Shown: positions 10,244 to 22,700, counted from the first letter of the stretch. The stretch: DNA of 64,000 nucleotides from a virus (IMGVR_UViG_3300042885_001472); one strand, 5' to 3'. Numbers and translations: made by a program. Notes: a model not told the origin generated them from the sequence alone.

Positions 10244-10878
10244 TTTATTATATTTAAAGTTTCTATACATTCTTCAAAGGCACAATTAAAAACATATTCA
10301 CCAACAAATGGATCAACACAATTACGGATAACCTGGTCTTTTCTATGTTTCATTTTAAATGGTCGTAAGTCAAAATATCCTTTATCAGAAGTACCTCTTT
10401 CATTGTGTGTTAAACCATCTTTCATATCAATTTGAGGTATGTTAAAGTTTGACCAGAATAAATGTCTACCAAGTTTTGTTGTTGGTTTTACAAGTGGATC
10501 ATAGTATGGTTTTACATTTTCAATAACAAATTTTATATCAGTATTCTTGGTAAAGTTTTGTAAAAATATTATTTCAGACCATAATTTCATATCCGGCATC
10601 ACCGCATCATAACTACCACCCTTACTGGCCATCATCCTCACTTTACTATGACTTTGACACGGAGGACTAGACCATATAAAGTCAAATTCTCTCCAATGTT
10701 TAGCTAAATATTCGTGTGCGTCAGTAACTATAACAGTATCATTTGGGTGTAATTGGTTATAAACATTCGCAATCTCTTCATTGTATTCTATGGCAGTAAC
10801 TTCAACATCTTCCCAGTGTTTTCTATTACCACCAATTCCAGCGTATAAATTTAATACTTTTTTCATTATTTTATTCAA
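10240..10878 (-). CDS. Short C5 cytosine DNA methyltransferase
   Basis: Motif I NLYAGIGG, motif IV SPPCQ, motif VI IENV; lacks a long TRD. Confidence 0.85.
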   Translation of the reverse strand: MNKIMKKVLNLYAGIGGNRKHWEDVEVTAIEYNEEIANVYNQLHPNDTVIVTDAHEYLAKHWREFDFIWSSPPCQSHSKVRMMASKGGSYDAVMPDMKLWSEIIFLQNFTKNTDIKFVIENVKPYYDPLVKPTTKLGRHLFWSNFNIPQIDMKDGLTHNERGTSDKGYFDLRPFKMKHRKDQVIRNCVDPFVGEYVFNCAFEECIETLNIIK

Positions 10879-11884
10879 TAGTTAAAGGGACATAATTTTC
10901 TAAATTACTTGTTGTTTCAACAATCTTATATTCACTAAAGAATTGTTCAAATAAAGCCATCATTACCGGTACACAAATTGAGTTACCAGCTAAGGCGATA
11001 TGTTGAATAGTTGAAATTTTCACTGTTAATAAATTATCAATGTCATCATCTTTAACACCCATAAAACGATAACCCTCACGAGCCGTTAAAGTTCTAATTC
11101 TACCATCAACCATAATTTGTGGCGATCCAGAAGTTGTAAGACAAGGAGAACAACCACTAGTACCATATATTCTTCTAGACTGATCGTATTTAATATCTGT
11201 TCGTTTGGCTACTAAGTTACAAACTGATTTCTTTTTAACTTCATTTAATTCATATGGTGGTGTGATGTATAAAGATTCATCAACATCTTTTTCAATAAAA
11301 TTATCCATAGGAACTCTATCTTGTTTTAATGAAATAACATTTAACATTTTACTTTTTACACTCTCACTATCTTCACCCAATACAGAAAACATAAAAACTC
11401 GTTCTCTATTTTGGGGACAACCATAATCCGCACCATTAATGACCATCCACGAATTACCATAACCCAAAGATTCTAGTTTAGTAATATATTCCTTAAACGG
11501 TTGGATGTGGTTATTAGAAACTAAGTTTTTCACATTTTCCATTAAAAGAAATTTGGGTTTATTATACTCAACAATCCTTTCAACTTCATATAGTAAACCT
11601 GATCTAGTACCCACTTTAATACCCTTCTGAAGTCCAGCTATAGACAGATCCTGGCAAGGATACGAATAAAATAATAAATCACATTCCGGAAATGTTTTCT
11701 CATCAATTTTTTTAATATCACCCAAGTTACCAAGAATTGTTTTATGTAATGTATTATACGCTAAATTCGCTGAGTTTAGAATATCACAATGGGCGATAAC
11801 TTTATAGTTAATACCAGAATATTTTAAAGCTAATTCTTGAGTTCCATAACCGGAAAAAAGTGATATGATTTTTAATTCTTTCAT
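10871..11884 (-). CDS. dcm: C5 cytosine DNA methyltransferase
   Basis: LFSGYG, YPCQDLS, MENV, QNRERVF, RTLTARE, AGNS: the ordered C5-MTase motifs I, IV, VI, VIII, IX and X. Confidence 0.92.
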   Translation of the reverse strand: MKELKIISLFSGYGTQELALKYSGINYKVIAHCDILNSANLAYNTLHKTILGNLGDIKKIDEKTFPECDLLFYSYPCQDLSIAGLQKGIKVGTRSGLLYEVERIVEYNKPKFLLMENVKNLVSNNHIQPFKEYITKLESLGYGNSWMVINGADYGCPQNRERVFMFSVLGEDSESVKSKMLNVISLKQDRVPMDNFIEKDVDESLYITPPYELNEVKKKSVCNLVAKRTDIKYDQSRRIYGTSGCSPCLTTSGSPQIMVDGRIRTLTAREGYRFMGVKDDDIDNLLTVKISTIQHIALAGNSICVPVMMALFEQFFSEYKIVETTSNLENYVPLTIE

Positions 11885-11904
11885 TTGTTTAAGATTGATT
11901 GTTA

Positions 11905-12897
11905 TTAATTGATTTTTTTATTTGATTCATATGTTGTTAGGAAGAGAGCCATAAAACCGAAATTATCTAAATCAGGATTAGCTTCTTCCCATAAGATACC
12001 TTCACCATCATACCACCCTTTAAAGTTGTTGTAAACCTTTTCATAATCAGTCTCACCATACTCTAAATACAATTTCCTTATTAATGGGATAAATAATATC
12101 CCAAAGTCACATTTACCCCAAGTTAATGATGATTCCAATGGTAATAAAAAACGAGTAAAATCTTCATATAATTGACTTAGGGGTAACTTATCTTTTTCTT
12201 CAACATTAACTAAGAATTGTAACTTTTCGTACTTGGTAATTAATTCATTCATTTATTTAATTTTTACAAATTTAAAATAATATTTTTAAATAAACAAATT
12301 TATTTTACATCAATTAAAAATAATTCATCCAGTTCTTCAGTAAGTAAATCTAACTTACCCTTATATTTTATTTTTTGAGTTTCAGTTAGGGGTTCAGAAA
12401 TCCTATACCCACCTTCAATTTTAATCCTTTCAGTCTTCGTTTGTTTTAATTTATAGGTTGTATGATCTATTTTCTCAATTAAGGATTTAATATTCATATC
12501 AATACACCATCTAACTTCCATAATGTTTGTTTTTGAAATGTCTTCAACAACACCATTCCATTTGGTAATCTTTTTATTAACTAAATCTACCTTTAACCCA
12601 CGTTGACCACCTTGGACACCATTTTCTTCAAACCATTCAATTTCATTTTTCATATTATATTGTTTTTTTTATTATTTAAATTGAGTTAATATAGAATTCA
12701 ATTCTATCCACAATCCTTTTTAATCTGTTATGGTCTTCATCCTGGTGATATTTTTCCTCATTTACCTTGTAAATGTCATAATTCCTACCAAGTTCTCGAT
12801 CAACGTCTGATTTCTTATTTCTTAACCTATTTTCAATCATTAATTTCAATTCTTTTAAATCAATTAATGATAACGATTCTATCTTTATTTTCTCCAT
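11905..12897 (-). CDS. Three hypothetical proteins (11905-12252, 12300-12653, 12676-12897)
   Basis: Co-oriented ORFs; TAAATTTG promoter at 12267-12274 on minus. Confidence 0.7.
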
Positions 12898-12940
12898 TTA
12901 CCAATTATAAACATAATTTTTTAATAAATCAAATATATTT

Positions 12941-14548
12941 ATGGTTATGAAAAGTTTAATTAAGGAACATTTAAAAAGATTGATATTAGAAGTATCAAAA
13001 AAAGATATTTTAATTAATAAAGTGGGTTTATCAATAGATAACGCTACATTAATAGATCAGTTATGTGGATCATTATCAATCTGGATGGCCAATAAATTAA
13101 TTGACTATCAATTGGTAATTAGTAAAGGTCACAACCCTAATGTTGATTTAACTAAACAGGATTTAATAACAAAAATGAATGGTAATAATCTTCCAACTGT
13201 ACAAAGAACTAAAATTACTAGTATAATGGATTTTATTAGAATTGGTTTAAATGGTAATATCTCATTAATTAAAGATTTACCATTTAAGGAATTATATGAC
13301 CAATCTCAAGAATGGCACGATTCCTTAGAACTTGGTACTGGTCAAATTAATTATACTGAAGAAAACCCCATAGTATTAGATTTTAGAAATGAAGATGGTA
13401 TTGGCTTTTATTGGGTAAACTTAGAAACTAAAAATTCAACAGAAGAGTGTAAAAGAATGGGTCATTGTGGAACATCTCATTATGGTATACTTTATTCATT
13501 AAGAGAGACTAAAAAGTTACCCGGAACTAAGTATACCATTAATAATAGTATTTCAACAGCCGCGATTGGTGAAGATAATATATTATATCAATTGAAGGGT
13601 CCTAGGAATTCAAAACCTAAAGAAGAATACCACCAGTATATATTACCATTATTTTATGTGGAAGAAGATGGTGAGTATTTAATCCAAGGTTTTGGTAGTG
13701 AGTACCGGTCAGATCAGGATTTTAAACTATCAGATCTACCCAATAATGTCCTTATTAATTTATATAAGAATAGACCAGAATTATTTGATACAAGAAGGTT
13801 ACAAAAAAAATTAGTTGATTTGGGTATTATTGAAAAACCGGAAATTAATTATATGATTACTCTTGAGATAAGTCCAGATGATGTTGGTAGATATGTAGAT
13901 GGTGATTATTTAGTTAGTAGAAGAAGAAAAAACAAAGAAGGTAATTATGTGGGTAGAGACATTGGTTTATTTGAAACAATTTTATCCGGTGATGTTTGGG
14001 ATTTATGGGAACGTTATAGTGATAATGATAGTTGGAAATATGATATAGATTATTGTGATAAGGAGAATGATGTTAAAATTGAGGAACTTATTAAAAAAAT
14101 GGCGATGGAAGAAATGGGTGAAGATTTTGATGAAGAAGAGTTTGATTTCTTGAGTATTGAGGATAAATTAAAGGAATATGATAGTAATTGGGATATAAGG
14201 AGTGCGATAAGTAGTGCCAGTAATGACGCCCAAGCCGATGATTATGTTAGTCACTTATTGAAAGAATTGAGAAGTGCTTTAAATGAGTTGGGTACTGTTG
14301 AAAAAATGGATGATACTGGAGTTACATTACATGTTGATGTGAGAAATTATCTTGATAGTGTTAGTGAAGAATATCTTGATGAATATATGGATAATTGTAA
14401 TGATGATTTAAAATGTGTATTCAATGAAATTATAAGTCAAGAATTTGATCTACTACCCAAATTTAGTATTGATGATAGATGGACACCGGATATTGAGGAG
14501 AGACTTTTTAATGAAATGTTAAGTGATAGATTATCTGAAATAGGATAA
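12941..14548 (+). CDS. Leader-bearing protein with PcfJ-like domain
   Basis: MKSLIKEHLKRLILE leader; EECKRMGHCG..LYSLR..QLKGPRNSKP matches the PcfJ-like pattern; acidic C-terminal half. Confidence 0.65.
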   Translation: MVMKSLIKEHLKRLILEVSKKDILINKVGLSIDNATLIDQLCGSLSIWMANKLIDYQLVISKGHNPNVDLTKQDLITKMNGNNLPTVQRTKITSIMDFIRIGLNGNISLIKDLPFKELYDQSQEWHDSLELGTGQINYTEENPIVLDFRNEDGIGFYWVNLETKNSTEECKRMGHCGTSHYGILYSLRETKKLPGTKYTINNSISTAAIGEDNILYQLKGPRNSKPKEEYHQYILPLFYVEEDGEYLIQGFGSEYRSDQDFKLSDLPNNVLINLYKNRPELFDTRRLQKKLVDLGIIEKPEINYMITLEISPDDVGRYVDGDYLVSRRRKNKEGNYVGRDIGLFETILSGDVWDLWERYSDNDSWKYDIDYCDKENDVKIEELIKKMAMEEMGEDFDEEEFDFLSIEDKLKEYDSNWDIRSAISSASNDAQADDYVSHLLKELRSALNELGTVEKMDDTGVTLHVDVRNYLDSVSEEYLDEYMDNCNDDLKCVFNEIISQEFDLLPKFSIDDRWTPDIEERLFNEMLSDRLSEIG

Positions 14549-14550
14549 AA

Positions 14551-14901
14551 TTATTTCCAAAATAATTGTACCATCAATATTAGGAACGCTAAAAATAAAC
14601 ATATAAATGTCTTCAATGTTATTGGTTCATTAAATATTAACCAACTTAAACATATAAATACAATAGAACCAACACTGAAACCTATTAACCTAGAAGGCCA
14701 TAGTTGTCCGTTAAAAGCTATTACCATATTTTTAACAGAATACATAAATAACATTGATATGGGTATGCCAATTAAAACTACAACCCAATAGTTATTCTTG
14801 AACCATTCCCATTTCAATTGACCTTGTAGTTGTAGGAAAGTTAATATTTGAGCCATAGCTCCAAACAATATTCCAACTAATAATAGTTTTATATTTATCA
14901 T
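14551..14901 (-). CDS. Four-TM membrane protein, DMT/SMR-like
   Basis: Four hydrophobic segments; LIFNEPITLKTFICLFLA resembles the DMT-family C-terminus. Confidence 0.55.
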   Translation of the reverse strand: MINIKLLLVGILFGAMAQILTFLQLQGQLKWEWFKNNYWVVVLIGIPISMLFMYSVKNMVIAFNGQLWPSRLIGFSVGSIVFICLSWLIFNEPITLKTFICLFLAFLILMVQLFWK

Positions 14902-17668
14902 TTTTTAAACATTATTTTATCACATACTATAAAATAGTATGTCTGGTTAGATTCTATTAAATAGTAATCTATAATTTGTGGGGAATGGTCTTGAGACCTT
15001 CTTATCTTATCTCTGATGATCCCAGTCTTACGTACCCAATCTTCATTATATGTCAGTGGATTCGTAACTTTTACATCAAATAATACTTCTGTTCCTATCA
15101 TATTGTTTTAGTTTAAGTCCCAATAAATATCTGTTAAGTATTTATCAGTTCCATTTACTTTAGAGATTTCATTTTTATGTAATATAGATGATTCCAACAT
15201 TTTTTGTTTATCTTCATCTGTTCGTGGTATCCATAAATTAGGTTGATCAAAGTGATTTATTTTAGCTAGTCTAATAAATTCATTATAATGTTTATCATCT
15301 ATCTTCCCTTTTAAAGGTACAATACCCCCAACACAAGTATTCCACTTAGTTTCTCTACCATTATAAGTTATATAGTAATAATCATCATCATCCGATCCAA
15401 TACCAATAAACCTTTCAACTACATTGTGATTGATTACAAATTGACCTTTTAGTTCTTCAAACTCTTGAAGTATTAATTTTAAGTTACTATCCATTTATTT
15501 TTAATTATATCTATTACTTTATATCATCATTTTGTTTATTACCAGTCCCAGTAATTGTATATGGATTAATGGTTGATGGTGGAAATATTCCAAACCAGGG
15601 ATTTGGGTGATATGTTGGGTATGTCTTTTCAAGTTCCAAATTAATCCCTGATAATAATACCACAGCTTCTTCCGCAGTGATTTGTTGTTTATCTAATAAT
15701 CTTTGTACTATATCCGCTTTTGTCATATTAGTCTTGTTTGTTTAGTGAGTTAATAAATACTTTTAAAGTTCTGTCATCGTCTTGGTATGATAGTTCTACT
15801 TTACAATCTTTTTGAGTATATACCCTACCATTTTCATCAATTACTTCAAACCTTGTTACTTTTGAAGTATCAACCATATCTTCTTGAGATTGAGTGTACC
15901 CTTTTTTATAAGCAACTCCGTATGTGGTTAACGCTATTTCTAATTCTTTAGTTTTCATAGTATTATTTTTTTACTAATCCCATTTATATTTACTTGATTG
16001 TGTTAATTTGGTTAATTCATTTTTCAAATCTAAAGCACCTCTTTTACAACTAGCAAAGTCTTTACGTGAATAAGTTTTTTCATCTGATTGTTCTTTAATC
16101 GCTTTATTTAGTTTTTTATCAAATCTATTTAATTCAATTTTTACTTCTTTTAATATTTCAATATTTGTTTTCATATTACTTGTTTTCTACTTTAACATTT
16201 GTATATCCTAATTTAGTTAGCACTGCTGTAAGTAATTGGTGAGAACTAGTTCCGTCTTCATCTTCAATCTGTTCTCCATTAATGTATATATTTACACCAT
16301 AAGTATGACAACAACCATCATTACAAGTATGATCCCATTCCTCTAACTCTATTAATAGTTCCTCATCTTTATTAACCTCTAATGAGTTTCCACCCCTATT
16401 TTCAAAATCCTCATCCACATAATCTTCATCTATAAAGTCTTCTGGGTCATGAGCTTCAAATAGTTCATCCAATGTTTCTTTACTTACTGTATGTTTATAG
16501 AACAAATAATCTTTAAAGATATAGTCAGCGACAAACCCAATAGTACCTGGTGATTGGTTTTGATATTTATTATATAACTCTCTAATCTCTTTCTTTTCAA
16601 CAATATCTGTAATGTCTATTGGTGGAGCATCGTGAGCACAATTATCAAAATTATAAACTTTATTTTTAACTACTTCTAATTCATCTTCATTTATATCAAC
16701 TTCAACTAAATGTCTCTCCCAATACATCATATCCTCATAGTAAAAATTACTAAATGTAGCGTATGATGACTTATTAGGTATTTCCTCTTTACTCTCGTAA
16801 CATTTTCCTTTTATTAAGTAGTATTTCATATTTTGTGTATTAATTTAGCGTATTTAATCATTTTAGTACTATGTGGATCAGTGGCAACCATATCTACTAT
16901 TTCAAACTCTACTTCCGGATTACTATTGATCCTACCTTCAATATTATCAAACACCATTGACCATTCAGTAATTTCTTTTATATTATATGGATGTAGTGGT
17001 ATAGATTGTAATAATGGACCATTTAAAGTGGCTTGAACGTGTATGACTTCCCACCCACTTTCTATTTTTAACATAGTTCCTTTCATATTATTTTACCTTA
17101 TCTTTATATCTAACTGAGAACTTTGGGAAGTCAACCCTTAACATATTGTAGTAACCATCTTTAGTGTAATTTAGATAGATATCTTCTTTTGTTATTTCAT
17201 TCCTTGATTTATATTTCCAGTTAAATACTTTATTTTGTGTTTCATAAATCTTATAAAAAACAAAATCACTACTATCACTAAGGTTTTGTATTACAAAGAT
17301 ATTTTGTTCATAGTTCATAAGAAACTCATAACATGTATCAGGTGATAGTTTAATCCAACCACCTTCATTCCAATCAAATATTTCTAATTCACAAAATGTT
17401 TCATAATGGAAATATCGTTCTGGTTGTGAGTAAGTGGAAGTACTAAATAGTATTACCAATATAATTAATAAATGTTTCATACTTTCACCCCTTTATTTAA
17501 TATTTTTAATATTTTACCGATTAAATTAGATTTATAGATGTTATCTCGTCTTAATCTAAGTTCAACACAATTATCACATTTACAATATTCTTTAACATTG
17601 TGAGAACCAAAACCCTCAACAGTCAACTCTCTATTATGAGTCCAAGTTTTTGGTATTATACTTTTCAT
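14898..17668 (-). CDS. Array of small hypothetical genes (14898-15101, 15108-15494, 15514-15726, 15728-15958, 15974-16174, 16176-16829, 16826-17086, 17088-17480, 17477-17668)
   Basis: Abutting or overlapping ORFs on one strand. 17088-17480 has a signal peptide. 15108 is paralogous to 18447, and 15728 shares its C-terminus with 56805. Confidence 0.75.
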
Positions 17669-17672
17669 TGTT

Positions 17673-18098
17673 TTAACGATTTGATAAATATATGTACGCT
17701 CTATGGTATTTTTCAATCCTATCCAGATCCTTTTTACCAAGTCCTTTAAGTCTAGTGATATCTGAATTATCTCGTAAGTCAGCTAATTTAATTTCAGTGG
17801 CTTCATTACTTACCGCAATAGCTTTAATGTACTCATCGTATGGGGTATTCTTTTGATGTGTAACTAAATGTAATAAACCAATTGTTTTATCTGAGAACCC
17901 AAGTTTAGTTAGTTGTTCAAATGTATAATCTGTATCCTCAACCAAATCGTGCATAATTGCGGCACATTTCACACATTCATCCCCTTTTGTCCCCATCATA
18001 ACTCTTATACAATGTAAAATGTATGGTTCTCCAGCCTTATCTAGTTTATTTTCAAAAGCTTTTGATGTAATTGATATCGCCAACGCTAATTTATTCAT
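17673..18098 (-). CDS. HD-domain hydrolase, small alarmone hydrolase-like (RelA/SpoT HD)
   Basis: DKAGEPYILHC..AAIMHDLVEDT..EIKLADLRDN matches the HD_4/(p)ppGpp hydrolase motif set. Confidence 0.8.
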   Translation of the reverse strand: MNKLALAISITSKAFENKLDKAGEPYILHCIRVMMGTKGDECVKCAAIMHDLVEDTDYTFEQLTKLGFSDKTIGLLHLVTHQKNTPYDEYIKAIAVSNEATEIKLADLRDNSDITRLKGLGKKDLDRIEKYHRAYIYLSNR

Positions 18099-18125
18099 AT
18101 TTTTAAGTATTAGATTGTAAAGGTA

Positions 18126-19402
18126 TTAATTATTTTCCACACCACCAAAATTTAACCCATTTTTTAATTTATTAATTAAAAATTGTTCTCGTTCAATCAT
18201 CGTTTCTAATTCCACGATTACCATATTTTTTAGTTTGGTATTTGTGATAAGTTTACCACCGTTAATTTTAAACCCATTAAACCATTCACCCTGGGTATCA
18301 GAACCTATGGAGTAATCAATTGTGATTAAAGGGTTAGTCCATTCAAGACTAAACTCTTCCATTTCTGATTTACTTAAATAACTATCTATAGTTATTGTCC
18401 CACCATCTCGGATGGAATCTATTTTTCTTATTACTATCATCTTATTTTAGTTTAAGTCCCAACAAATGTCTGTTAGGTATTTGTCATTATTCTCACCTAG
18501 TTCAGTTATCTCTAGTTTATGATTAGTCGCCCATTCATCATCACGTCCCCAAGTACCAGCTTGATCATAGTGATTTAGTTTAGCTAATCTAATAAACTCC
18601 TTATAATGTTTTTCGTCAATCTTTCCTTTAAGTGGTATGATTCTACCTACACAAGTATTCCACTTTGTTTCCCTACCATTATATGTTACGTAATAGTAAT
18701 CTTGGTCATCTGTCCCAATCGCAATAAACCTTTCAACTACATTGTGATTGATTACAAATTGGCCTTTTAGTTCCTCAAATTCCTTGAGTATTAATGTTAA
18801 GTTACTGTCCATTTTATTTGTATTCTATTTGTTTTAATATTCTTTTTAGTTCCGATATATTTTTACAATTACCAAAAAATCCGGTGTCATACTCATCCCT
18901 ACCTATTTCAACGAGAGGGGTAGAACTATTGTACCAGAAGTTTAAAAACCAGTCATTATGTTTAAAATTAAGTACGTGTGTACCATCACCAGCATACTGA
19001 TCATGAATCCAATCTAATGATTCAATATCTGATTGATCTAGGTATTTAACTCTAACTAATGGGTATTCATCAAAAGCTTCCCACAATTCATTCTTATCAC
19101 TAATAACCCATTTATAATATTCTTTAGTATCAGGATCTAATACCTCATATTCAAATCCTACATAAAACTCTTCTATTGTTGGTGTGTAATATTTACCACC
19201 TTCCACCTTCTGATTCTCCATCTTTTTTATATATCTTGTTTAAGTCGTAGTGTTTAAAAAAATCATTAATACCATTACGTTCATCTTCTGATAAAGTAAC
19301 TTTTACCGACTCTTTAGGGTTTTGTTTTAGATATTCCACCGCGTCATTTAATGACATTTCTTTTAAAAATCTTTGTTGTTCATATTCGTTATTTGATCCC
19401 AT
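18126..19402 (-). CDS. Four hypothetical genes (18126-18440, 18447-18812, 18814-19221, 19193-19402)
   Basis: Abutting ORFs. The last start is moved from 19504 to 19402 because the predicted extension lies within a tRNA-like element. Confidence 0.7.
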
Positions 19403-19420
19403 ATTTATATTTTTTAATTC

Positions 19421-19510
19421 TGTAGTCAGGACAAGATTCGAACTTGTATGGATAAGCGTACCGCGCCAGCAGTTATCCTCTGTAGCGTCTACCAATTCCG
19501 CCACCTGACT
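19421..19510 (-). tRNA. tRNA-like element: Leu-type acceptor, D and T arms with a non-canonical anticodon region
   Basis: AGTCAGG/CCTGACT acceptor stem; GCGGAATTGGTAGACGC D arm; ACAAG-TTCGAAT-CTTGT T arm; no canonical 5-bp/7-nt anticodon arm. Confidence 0.6.
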
Positions 19511-19517
19511 ATTTTAA

Positions 19518-19639
19518 AAATTAACCTACCGAAATGTAATCTATTCACGCTTGAATTACATCTCCCAATCTCCATAGTGATACTTCGTAACAATCTCACC
19601 CCTTACAGCTTACTACTACTTCAGCGCCTCGGTTAATTT
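19518..19639 (-). ncRNA. Putative structured RNA between two tRNA-like elements
   Basis: Closing stem AAATTAACC/GGTTAATTT and internal ATGTAAT/ATTACAT hairpin; no credible ORF. Confidence 0.35.
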
Positions 19640-19640
19640 A

Positions 19641-19714
19641 GTATTCAGGGTGAGATTCGAACTCACATCTTGCTTTGACTCACAAAGCGTATTCTACCAT
19701 TGAACTAGCTGATT
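19641..19714 (-). tRNA. Degenerate tRNA or pseudo-tRNA (anticodon unassignable)
   Basis: D arm GTTC-AATGGTA-GAAT; perfect T arm GTGAG-TTCGAAT-CTCAC; GCTTTG/CAAAGC stem with a 5-nt loop; two acceptor-stem mismatches. Confidence 0.55.
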
Positions 19715-19734
19715 ATTTGAAATAAAAAAATAAA

Positions 19735-22700
19735 TTATAAAATTGTTATTAACTCATAAGTTGAATTTTGTGTTTTAAATTTAATATAATCTTCTCTTTG
19801 TTCTACTATCTCAGTAATACTGGTTGTTAACCAAGTGTATTGCATCCTCGGTTCAAGTATTAATGAACGACCTATTTTTATATCATCATGTGACGATTTA
19901 CCACCCTTATTCTCATCCCATTCAATATACTGGACTATGTAACCAGTTTTAGTTAAACCATCATTTAATCTTTTAAGACTATACTTTGATTTTGGTTCTT
20001 CATTAGGGATTATGTTTCCAGCGTCATATTTATGTTTCTCACAAAATAATTCGTTACTATATCCGGTATTGATAATTACACTACATTTATGACAAAGTGT
20101 AGCCCCATTTCCATTATTAAATTTATGTATTGGTTTTCTCATATTATTTTATTAAAAATTTAATCCGGTAATTCACCAGGTTGTTTGATTCGTACTTCAT
20201 TAATGTGTTCAAAATCGGAATCTTGTAAAAGAGTTGGGTCACAACATACAAACCAATGAGATTTAATAGTTTCATATAATTTGAAAATAGAATATTTAGC
20301 TATTTTAAATTCTCCTTTATACTTAACCCAATAATACCCCTCTTGTCTATTCATATTATTTGTTTTTTGTTTTTTTATAAAATTCCCAATACCCTTTAAA
20401 TAATTTGGTCTTATCCTCAACCCATCTAATATCAATACCATCGTCTCTAAGTCTTTTAGAAACATAAGGTTTTTCATTTGGTCCAATACCACCTCTTGGG
20501 ATACCATCACCTGGTGAATAAATATTCATTTTCTATTGTCTTTAGTTTATTAATAAATGTATTCTCCAACCCATAAAACCATCCCATCCATAGTTAAAGT
20601 TTCATAGTGTATGTGAGTTTGTAACCCAGGAGGTTGTGATTCATCCCCAGTTCTTAAACCACCAGATATAACAAATCCACCCTCTTTTCTTCTAAACCCA
20701 GTAGGAATATTTGGTTTTTTTAGAAACTTTTCATTTTTAATTCTTTGAACTATTTGTCCCTTATATTTGATATCATGATCACATTCTCTTAAATAACATT
20801 TTTCTACACGCCATAAATCTTTATCCGTAAATTGATAGATATCATCACCAGAGTAAAATCCTAACCCAACTACTTCTTCCCATAATTGAATCATAGTAGT
20901 TCTAATGTGATCTTGTTGTTCTTTACTTAATAACCCAAAATCGTGTCTATATCTCATACCCATTGAATCTATAAGTTTAGGGTTGGGATTAATATTTTCT
21001 GTAGGGAGTAAATCGGGTAATAAATCCACACCTTCAAGTATTGGTGAGTTGTTGAGTGGTAAGTGAGCTAATATAATTTTGTCTTTGTAACCATTTCTAT
21101 TACAATCCCAATCACCTGATATTTCACTTATGGTATTTGGGTTTGTATAGTTATGTGTTTCTAATACCCATTGACCTTTTGTTGCCATTATTGAGTTATC
21201 ATCAACTATTAACAGATAATCACCTATGTTTATAATTTTATGTTCCATATTACTTTATATTATTTTTAATATAATCATTCCAGTCTTTATTCATTTTATC
21301 TAATTCCTCACTTATTAATCTAAGTGAATATGAATTCCAATAACCATCATTATCCTTTGAGAACCAAAAATTGTAATATCCACTTTCATCTTGTTCAGCG
21401 TCACCTAAAAAGATGTCATTATAATAGACATGAAATGATGGAGTATTTGATGTTGTTTTTTCAGTTCTAATCATTAATAATTTTTTTAAAATCGTTAAAC
21501 ATATCTTCCACATATTTTTTGGCCTCTTCAATGGTATCAAATTTTTCATACCCAACTATACCTTGTGAGCTGGTGGGGAAATAAGGACTAACATGGAATG
21601 AATTACATACACCAGTCCTTCTATTATCCAAAATCGGCATTTCATCCTGTTTCACAAAACCGGTTATCCAAGCGATCTGTAAACCATTATAATAACCTAT
21701 TCTCGCCCAACGACCAATGTCATCGGTATTTTCATTATCTGAATACCTTATACTCCAAGAAAAACCTTTTTTATCAAGAAGGAGTTTTTTATTTATCTTG
21801 TGTTTCATTGTCTGGTTTGTTTAGTTTTTATATAAATTTACCACATAAAGTACATTCAAAATTAACATCTGACTTTGCTAATCTATAAGGTAATGGATGA
21901 TAACACATATCTTTTTGGTATTGAGTAGCATATTCTTCCATAGCATTTAATATTCCTTGATGAGTAACATTATATTTTACACTACACTTTGCAATTGCTT
22001 CAACATTTCTTTTTAATATTTCTTCTTTAGTTTTCATTGTTTGGTTTGTTTAGTGATTTTAATATTACCCTAATACTTTCTTCAACTTGTTGGTATAATA
22101 TATCATCAGCTTCATCTCTACCATGTCCATACGCTTCTTGTATCGCCCATATAATATCCTTTTCACTATATTTTTTATCCTTATTATCTTCTTGACATTG
22201 AGTGTAACCATTTATAAATACTATGTTTTCTAAAGTATGTTCTTTAAATGTTAAACCAGCTTCTTTTCCAATTTCTGAATATTCATCAGCTAACTTTTCT
22301 ATTTCTTGTTTAGTTTTCATACCTCAAAAGTAAATAATTAATTCTTTATAACCAAATATTTCATCATTTATTTTACACACATAACATTATTTGTTAGGTG
22401 TACCATTATAATTAACTTCAATATCTTTCATATTATTTAGAGCATTCTTCGCATATTCTAACGCTGATCGTACTTGTCGATCATGGGATGTTAATCCTTT
22501 ACTACTATTATGGATATTACTGGTAATCCTTAACGCTTCAATTATATTTTCTAATTGGAACTTGTAAATTGTAATTTCTTCCATTATATATTTTTGGTTA
22601 CTTTATTATTATAAATCCATTCACGATGGAATCGATCTTGTACATTAATTATACTTTTTTCTATCTCTTTAAAATACTCAACATATTCCGGTCTTTCGGA

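Noticed and set aside
19421-19714. Functional tRNA-Leu or tRNA-His assignments
   Set aside because: Neither element has a canonical anticodon stem-loop, so no anticodon can be assigned.
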